From an uncultured bacterium (GTDB taxonomy: Bacteria > Bacillota > Clostridia > Lachnospirales > Lachnospiraceae), in the NCBI GenBank assembly GCA_945949875.1, contig CAMFGH010000004.1, positions 3,135-67,134 of the forward strand: 64,000 nt of DNA, in the 5' to 3' direction. The notes under the pieces were generated by a model that was given only the letters and a program-made list of their open reading frames with translations, ran no database searches and was not told where the DNA came from. Below are positions 58,053-64,000 of the stretch, in pieces. A program made the position numbers and the translations under genes. Position 1 is the first letter of the stretch. Each line of letters opens with the position of its first letter.

Positions 58053-58373
58053 ATGTTGAAACGAAATAATTATATTTTTACAAATAAAAAACATTCCCCG
58101 AAATCGATTATGTCCGGTGTGCTGGGAGTCATTTCGGTAGCTTCCCTGATTTTGGCCATGTATTTGTCCTATCAGGCAGAAGGAAGAGCAAGTGCCAGAT
58201 ATGGAAGTGCCTGTGTACTTGCGCTGCTTTTTGCTTTTATTGGAATCATACTTGGAATACTGGGAAGACTGGAAAAAGACAGATTTTACCTGTTTTCATA
58301 CATTGGAATCTTGTTGAATCTGGTGGCAGTGGGACTGGTAAGCCTGATTTTGTATGCCGGAGCGCTGCTGTAG
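58053..58373 (+). CDS. Three-TM membrane protein (DUF6142-like)
   Basis: YIFTNKKHSPKSIMS followed by three hydrophobic helices. Confidence 0.7.
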   Translation: MLKRNNYIFTNKKHSPKSIMSGVLGVISVASLILAMYLSYQAEGRASARYGSACVLALLFAFIGIILGILGRLEKDRFYLFSYIGILLNLVAVGLVSLILYAGALL

Positions 58374-58375
58374 AT

Positions 58376-58432
58376 TTTTTATAGGCCCTATCGGCTCTAT
58401 CTTAGCTTGTTGGGTCTACAATCTCCTTTCCT
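58376..58432. repeat. Single dispersed copy of the 64-bp repeat family
   Basis: TTTTATAGGCCCTAT...CTTAGCTTGTTGGGTCTACAAT matches unit 3 of the 47033 array. Confidence 0.8.
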
Positions 58433-58472
58433 GGAATTAAATAGAGAAAAAATAATTAAGAAGGCGAAGATT

Positions 58473-60617
58473 ATGATAGAAGAAACCGATATTTTAACAC
58501 TGAGGATGGAACTTGCAAAAGGAAGAATGCAGGAAATTGTAGAAACAGAGAGTGATTTTGAATTGCTGCCCTATTTTAAGAAGCAGTTTTCTTTTTGCCT
58601 GTTTCTATTTGATCTCTATGAGAAATTCTGGCTGGCAGAAAATTCATCCGGTCCCCTGGGATGGGTGCAAAAGACAGACCTCCATCATCTTCGGGAACGA
58701 AACAAAGCTCTCTATCAGGATATTCTGCCGGAAAACTATGATACCAGTTATTGCAATCCGGATTATGCAGCTAAGACCCTTGGAGAATATGCGGGCGTAC
58801 TGTGTGTGGCAGCAGCTGAGATGCGGGCCATGATCGGAGCATGTTATGAAAATCGGCTGGAAGAACTGCTGATCCGTGCAGAGCTTATGCTGGAATTATT
58901 CGGTGCTTTCGAAGAAGAGATGCCTTCTGTTTCCGTATTACAGGATATTTTATACTGGTATGTAAGCGATTACATGGAAGTGATCATGGAAAGAAGAGTA
59001 GCCAGCCAGGTGAATCCGGAGGATGACTACTTTACCGGAATTGTTATGAGAGGCGGGAAGAACTCATCGAATGCAGCAGCTGGTGGCTATGACTTATCAG
59101 ATACAGTCGGCGGGCAGAGCGGACAAAAGCCGGAAGATATACGCTATCTCTATGCCTATGGCGAGTATGTAACAGAAAACGAAGAAAAGATGGCGGAGTA
59201 TTTAAGCAGGCTTCCGGAAGAAAAAATCGGGCTGATCGCAGATACTTTTACAGAAGGCTATCGAATCGGTTTTGTGCTGGGAAGAAAAGACCTTTCCAAA
59301 AAGAAAACCGTTAACATCCGTTATCATGTTGGATTTGAAAGAATCATCCGCAGGGCAGTTCTGAATTTTGAAAAAATGGGACTCAGGCCCACGATTTATC
59401 GTCAGGCAAGTAGCATTCTGGAAGGAAAAAGCATGAACCGCATCGGCGTTTATGGCGGCGCGGCAAACAGACAGTTTGATTATGACCATAAAGAGGATAT
59501 GGGGCTTATTCTGGATAAGAAGCTGGTTTCCAGAAAACTGGAGATTCTGAAAAACGCTTATGAAGCACAAAAAGACTGGGCATCTCTGCATGCCGGTCCG
59601 GCAGTAATGGAGACCTTTGGGGAGGCGGACTTTACACCGGAGAATAAAGAAACCTCGGTGAAACTTTCTGAAAAACAACAGCATCTTACTGTTGAGTACG
59701 CTTCCGGTGCAGGTCAGATTACCAATGAATATATCAAAGGGGAAGAGAGAAGCTTCACTATCATTGCATTCCCTGTTCCGGATATCGGAGAAAATTTCCC
59801 TGAGATTTTTGATGAAACCATTCGGATCAATACCCTGGATTATAATCTGTACCGGGATATGCAGCAGAAGATCATCGATGTTCTGGATCAGGGCGAGTAT
59901 GTGCAGATCCGGGGAATGGGGGAAAACAAAACCCGGATGAAAGTCATGCTTCACACCCTGCAGGACCCGGAAAAGCAGACCAACTTTGAAAACTGTGTGG
60001 CTGATGTGAATATTCCGGTGGGAGAAGTATTTACCTCTCCGGTTCTTGCCGGAACAGAGGGAATACTTCATGTTTCCAAAGTATTTTTAAATGAACTGAA
60101 GTATGAAGATCTGGAACTTCATTTTGAAGATGGAATGATCACATCCTATTCCTGCCGCAACTTTGAATCAGAAGAAGAAAATCAGAAACTGATTCGGGAT
60201 ACGGTGCTGTTCCATCATGACACACTGCCCCTCGGAGAGTTTGCCATCGGAACCAATACCACAGCCTATGTGGCAGCAGAGAGACTGCAGATCGCAGATA
60301 AACTTCCTATTTTAATAGCGGAGAAAATGGGTCCCCATTTTGCTGTAGGTGATACCTGCTATTCTCATGCAGAAGATATTCCGGTTTACAATCCGGATGG
60401 AAAAGAGATCATCGCCAGAGACAATGAAAGATCCCTTCTGCGTAAGGAAAGACCGGAAAAATCCTATTTTAACTGCCACACAGACATTACCATCCCCTAT
60501 GATGAACTGGGTGAGGTTTCTGTGGTAAGGAAAGATGGAAAAGTGATTCCGATTCTGGAAGAGGGCAGATTTGTTCTGGATGGATGCGAAGCCCTGAACG
60601 AACCGTTTGCAGGCTGA
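58473..60617 (+). CDS. M29-family (AmpS/AmpT-like) aminopeptidase with long N-terminal region
   Basis: NIPVGEVFTSP, GEFAIGTN, EKMGPHFAVG and HTDIT motifs. Confidence 0.8.
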   Translation: MIEETDILTLRMELAKGRMQEIVETESDFELLPYFKKQFSFCLFLFDLYEKFWLAENSSGPLGWVQKTDLHHLRERNKALYQDILPENYDTSYCNPDYAAKTLGEYAGVLCVAAAEMRAMIGACYENRLEELLIRAELMLELFGAFEEEMPSVSVLQDILYWYVSDYMEVIMERRVASQVNPEDDYFTGIVMRGGKNSSNAAAGGYDLSDTVGGQSGQKPEDIRYLYAYGEYVTENEEKMAEYLSRLPEEKIGLIADTFTEGYRIGFVLGRKDLSKKKTVNIRYHVGFERIIRRAVLNFEKMGLRPTIYRQASSILEGKSMNRIGVYGGAANRQFDYDHKEDMGLILDKKLVSRKLEILKNAYEAQKDWASLHAGPAVMETFGEADFTPENKETSVKLSEKQQHLTVEYASGAGQITNEYIKGEERSFTIIAFPVPDIGENFPEIFDETIRINTLDYNLYRDMQQKIIDVLDQGEYVQIRGMGENKTRMKVMLHTLQDPEKQTNFENCVADVNIPVGEVFTSPVLAGTEGILHVSKVFLNELKYEDLELHFEDGMITSYSCRNFESEEENQKLIRDTVLFHHDTLPLGEFAIGTNTTAYVAAERLQIADKLPILIAEKMGPHFAVGDTCYSHAEDIPVYNPDGKEIIARDNERSLLRKERPEKSYFNCHTDITIPYDELGEVSVVRKDGKVIPILEEGRFVLDGCEALNEPFAG

Positions 60618-60899
60618 ATCATACCGGATTTCCCGGGAACAGAAACAGATAAACGTTCAGAGCAGAAACAAATAAACTTTTCAGAGCAGAAATGGCGATA
60701 TTTTGGGAGAGAAACCATTTTTCAGGGTATAAATACTTGCATAGGTTTGGAATTTCATATAAACTGTGTAATGTGTGTATTTGCGTTTTGCAAATAGGAT
60801 ACTGAATATTAACGATATATCTGAATATTTGCGATGTATAGAAGTATGTATAAAAAAGTATAGGATGATTCATAAAGATATTACGAGAGGAGCGTAAAA

Positions 60900-61406
60900 A
60901 TGGCACAGGTAGGTATTGTAATGGGCAGTGATTCTGATATGCCGGTTATGGCAAAAGCTGCTGATATTTTAGACAAGTTGGGAATCAGTTATGAAATGAC
61001 AATTATTTCCGCACACAGAGAGCCGGACATTTTCTTTGAGTATGCAAAAAGTGCGGAAAGCAAAGGGTTTAAAGTAATTATCGCAGGTGCAGGTATGGCA
61101 GCTCATCTGCCCGGTATGTGTGCAGCGATTTTCCCCATGCCTGTGATCGGTATCCCGATGCATACCACATCGCTTGGTGGCAGGGATTCCCTGTATTCTA
61201 TCGTTCAGATGCCATCCGGTATTCCGGTTGCTACAGTAGCCATCAATGGTGGTGCAAATGCAGGCCTTCTGGCAGCAAAGATTCTGGCAACATCCGATGC
61301 AGAGCTCCTTGGTCGGCTGAAAGAATATAGTGAAAATATGAAAGAAGAAGTCCAGAAGAAAGATGCTAAGCTTCAGGAATTGGGCTATAAGAACTATACA
61401 AAATAA
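60900..61406 (+). CDS. purE: N5-CAIR mutase
   Basis: MGSDSD, SAHR, AGAGMAAHLPG and QMPSGIPVATV motifs. Confidence 0.97.
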   Translation: MAQVGIVMGSDSDMPVMAKAADILDKLGISYEMTIISAHREPDIFFEYAKSAESKGFKVIIAGAGMAAHLPGMCAAIFPMPVIGIPMHTTSLGGRDSLYSIVQMPSGIPVATVAINGGANAGLLAAKILATSDAELLGRLKEYSENMKEEVQKKDAKLQELGYKNYTK

Positions 61407-61482
61407 GGGTAAGCAGATTGCAGAAATCCTATAAAATAAGGAAAAGCAGGCTATAAGAATTACATAAAGTGAGGAGAACGAT

Positions 61483-62508
61483 ATGGATTATAAGAAGGCT
61501 GGAGTAGATATTGAAGCAGGATACAAATCAGTAGAACTGATGAAGAAATATGTGAAAGAAACCATGCGCCCGGAAGTGCTGGGAGGTCTGGGAGGATTTT
61601 CCGGAGCATTTTCCCTTGAAAAATTCAAAGGAATGGAAAAACCAACCCTGGTATCCGGAACAGATGGAGTCGGAACCAAGCTGAAACTGGCTTTTATTAT
61701 GGATAAACATGATACCATTGGTATTGATTGCGTTGCAATGTGTGTTAATGATATTGCATGTGCCGGTGGGGAACCATTGTTTTTCCTGGATTATATTGCC
61801 TGTGGCAAGAACTATCCGGAAAAAATTGCAACCATCGTTAAGGGTGTGGCAGATGGATGTATTCAGTCCGATGCAGCTCTGATCGGCGGTGAAACAGCAG
61901 AAATGCCGGGCTTCTATACAGAAGATGAATACGATCTGGCAGGTTTTGCAGTTGGTATCGTTGATGAAAAAGATATGATTACCGGAAAAGACTTAAAAGC
62001 CGGTGATGTACTGATCGGTATGGCCAGCTCAGGTGTACATTCCAACGGATTTTCACTGGTCAGAAGAGTATTTGAAATGACAAAAGAAAGTCTGGATACT
62101 TACTATGATGAACTGGGAACAACACTGGGAGAAGCTTTGCTGGCTCCCACCAAAATATATGTAAAAGCATTAAAATCCATTAAAAATGCAGGGGTTACCG
62201 TAAAAGCGTGCAGCCATATCACAGGAGGCGGTTTCTATGAAAATATCCCGAGAATGCTTACCGACGGAATGAATGCGGAAATCAAACTGGACAGCTATCC
62301 GGTACCACCTATTTTCAAACTGTTACAGAAAGAAGGACAGATTGAAGATAAGATGATGTACAATACATACAACATGGGACTTGGCATGATCCTGGCTGTT
62401 GATCCGGCAGATGTGGATAAGACCATGGAAGCAATCAAAGCAGCCGGTGAAACACCTTATATCGTTGGTAGTATTAAGAGTGGTGAAAAAGGAGTAACCT
62501 TATGCTAA
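61483..62508 (+). CDS. purM: AIR synthetase
   Basis: [32 protein letters not shown] and HITGGG motifs. Confidence 0.97.
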   Translation: MDYKKAGVDIEAGYKSVELMKKYVKETMRPEVLGGLGGFSGAFSLEKFKGMEKPTLVSGTDGVGTKLKLAFIMDKHDTIGIDCVAMCVNDIACAGGEPLFFLDYIACGKNYPEKIATIVKGVADGCIQSDAALIGGETAEMPGFYTEDEYDLAGFAVGIVDEKDMITGKDLKAGDVLIGMASSGVHSNGFSLVRRVFEMTKESLDTYYDELGTTLGEALLAPTKIYVKALKSIKNAGVTVKACSHITGGGFYENIPRMLTDGMNAEIKLDSYPVPPIFKLLQKEGQIEDKMMYNTYNMGLGMILAVDPADVDKTMEAIKAAGETPYIVGSIKSGEKGVTLC

Positions 62509-63125
62509 AGATACTGGTGTGTGTTTCCGGTGGCGGCACGAATCTGCAGGCTATCATCGATGGGATTCAAAATGGAACCATTGAAAACACTAAAATCGTA
62601 AAAGTGATCAGTAACAATCCGGGAGCGTATGCCCTGCAGCGTGCAGAAAATGCAGGAATTGAAGGAATATGTATCTCACCAAAGGACTACGAAAACAGAG
62701 CTGCCTTCCACAAGGCTTTTCTGGAAGAGGTGAAAAAAACAGCGCCGGATCTGATCGTTCTGGCCGGTTTTCTGGTGGTGATACCGGAGGAAATGATTCG
62801 ATTGTACAAAAACCGGATCATCAACATACATCCGTCCCTGATCCCTTCCTTTTGCGGTACAGGATATTATGGGCTGAAGGTACACGAAGGCGTACTGGAA
62901 AGAGGCGTGAAAGTGACCGGAGCAACCGTGCATTTTGTAGATGAAGGAACCGATACCGGGCCGATCATTTTGCAGAAACCGGTTATGGTAGAAGAAGGGG
63001 ACACTCCGGAGATCCTGCAGCGGCGCGTGATGGAGCAGGCGGAGTGGATCATCATGCCACAGGCGATCAATCTGATCGCAGCAGACAGAGTCAGGGTAGT
63101 AGATGGCAAGGCTGTCATAAAATAG
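62502..63125 (+). CDS. purN: Phosphoribosylglycinamide formyltransferase
   Basis: [15 protein letters not shown] and [17 protein letters not shown] motifs. Confidence 0.96.
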   Translation: MLKILVCVSGGGTNLQAIIDGIQNGTIENTKIVKVISNNPGAYALQRAENAGIEGICISPKDYENRAAFHKAFLEEVKKTAPDLIVLAGFLVVIPEEMIRLYKNRIINIHPSLIPSFCGTGYYGLKVHEGVLERGVKVTGATVHFVDEGTDTGPIILQKPVMVEEGDTPEILQRRVMEQAEWIIMPQAINLIAADRVRVVDGKAVIK

Positions 63126-63137
63126 AAAGGACATCAT

Positions 63138-64000
63138 ATGAAAGTTTTGATCGTAGGAAGCGGCGGAAGAGAGCATGCTATTGCAACAAGTGTGCATAAG
63201 AGCAGCAAAGTAGATAAAATTTATTGTGCACCGGGTAATGCCGGAATCGCATCTATTGCAGAGTGCGTTCCCATTGGTGCCATGGAATTTGATAAGCTTA
63301 CTTCCTTTGCAAAAGAGAAAGAAATCGATCTGGTTATTGTGGGAATGGACGATCCTCTGGTGGGTGGTCTGGTAGATGAGCTGGAAGCAGCAGGAATCCG
63401 GGCATTCGGACCAAAGAAGAATGCAGCGATTCTGGAAGGCAGTAAGGCTTTTTCCAAGGATCTGATGAAAAAATACCATATTCCTACCGCAGCGTATGAA
63501 ACCTTTGATGATCCGGATCAGGCAATCGCTTATCTGGAAACTGCAGAGTTCCCGATCGTGTTAAAAGCAGATGGTCTGGCACTTGGCAAAGGGGTTCTGA
63601 TCTGTGAAAACAAAGAGCAGGCTATCGAAGGTGTCCGCACCATTATGCAGGATAAAAAGTTCGGCAGTGCCGGAAATCGTATGGTCATTGAAGAATTCAT
63701 GACAGGACGTGAAGTTTCCGTGCTTTCCTTTGTGGATGGTAAAACCATTAAGATCATGTCCTCCGCACAGGATCATAAGAGAGCAAAAGACGGAGATCAG
63801 GGCTTGAATACCGGTGGAATGGGAAATTTCTCACCAAGTCCATTCTATACGGATGAAGTAGATGATTTCTGTAAAAAATATATTTATCAGGCAACCGTAG
63901 ATGCCATGGCTGCAGAAGGCAGACCGTTCAAGGGCGTTATCTTCTTTGGTCTTATGTTAACTCCAAAGGGACCGAAGGTACTGGAATACAATGCCAGATT
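63138..64000 (+). CDS. purD: Phosphoribosylamine-glycine ligase (3'-truncated by window edge)
   Basis: Read from sequence: MKVLIVGSGGREHA, APGNAG, LEGSKAFSK, KADGLALGKGV, QDHKR, NTGGMG and LEYNAR. Confidence 0.95.
   Translation, partial: MKVLIVGSGGREHAIATSVHKSSKVDKIYCAPGNAGIASIAECVPIGAMEFDKLTSFAKEKEIDLVIVGMDDPLVGGLVDELEAAGIRAFGPKKNAAILEGSKAFSKDLMKKYHIPTAAYETFDDPDQAIAYLETAEFPIVLKADGLALGKGVLICENKEQAIEGVRTIMQDKKFGSAGNRMVIEEFMTGREVSVLSFVDGKTIKIMSSAQDHKRAKDGDQGLNTGGMGNFSPSPFYTDEVDDFCKKYIYQATVDAMAAEGRPFKGVIFFGLMLTPKGPKVLEYNAR

Overview
Core-chromosome segment of a low-GC Firmicute, most consistent with a Lachnospiraceae/Clostridia spore former (sleC-like lysin, class B sortase, CIRCE, DUF5716/DUF5717-type genes). 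The backbone is nucleotide-biosynthesis genes (thyA, folA, purC/F/B/A, pyrF/E, purE/M/N/D), htpG under a perfect CIRCE operator, an amino-acid ABC transporter, DAHP synthase, two GGDEF cyclases and a tRNA-Gly(CCC). AT-rich accessory inserts interrupt it: an Rpn-family nuclease with an internal RBS+ATG (RpnS-like antitoxin), an HTH+nucleotidyltransferase pair, a RelB/YoeB module with a dead toxin, an AAA ATPase, a DUF3990+HTH pair and a decayed csoR-copA operon. Most notable unexplained structure: (i) a four-gene cluster built around a degenerate Hsp70-like protein with a large scaffold, a TPR protein and a membrane coiled-coil protein; (ii) a 558-bp composite element whose inverted ends supply the stop codons of both flanking genes and which holds a 62-bp-period array of alternating-orientation sites, plus an unrelated 64-bp array of the same geometry; (iii) a GEMM-I cyclic-dinucleotide riboswitch with A at the G20 specificity position; (iv) a ~180-nt rod-like hairpin after htpG. 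No CRISPR array, cas genes, rRNA or intact transposase/integrase were found. All family assignments come from motif recognition by eye, not database searches.
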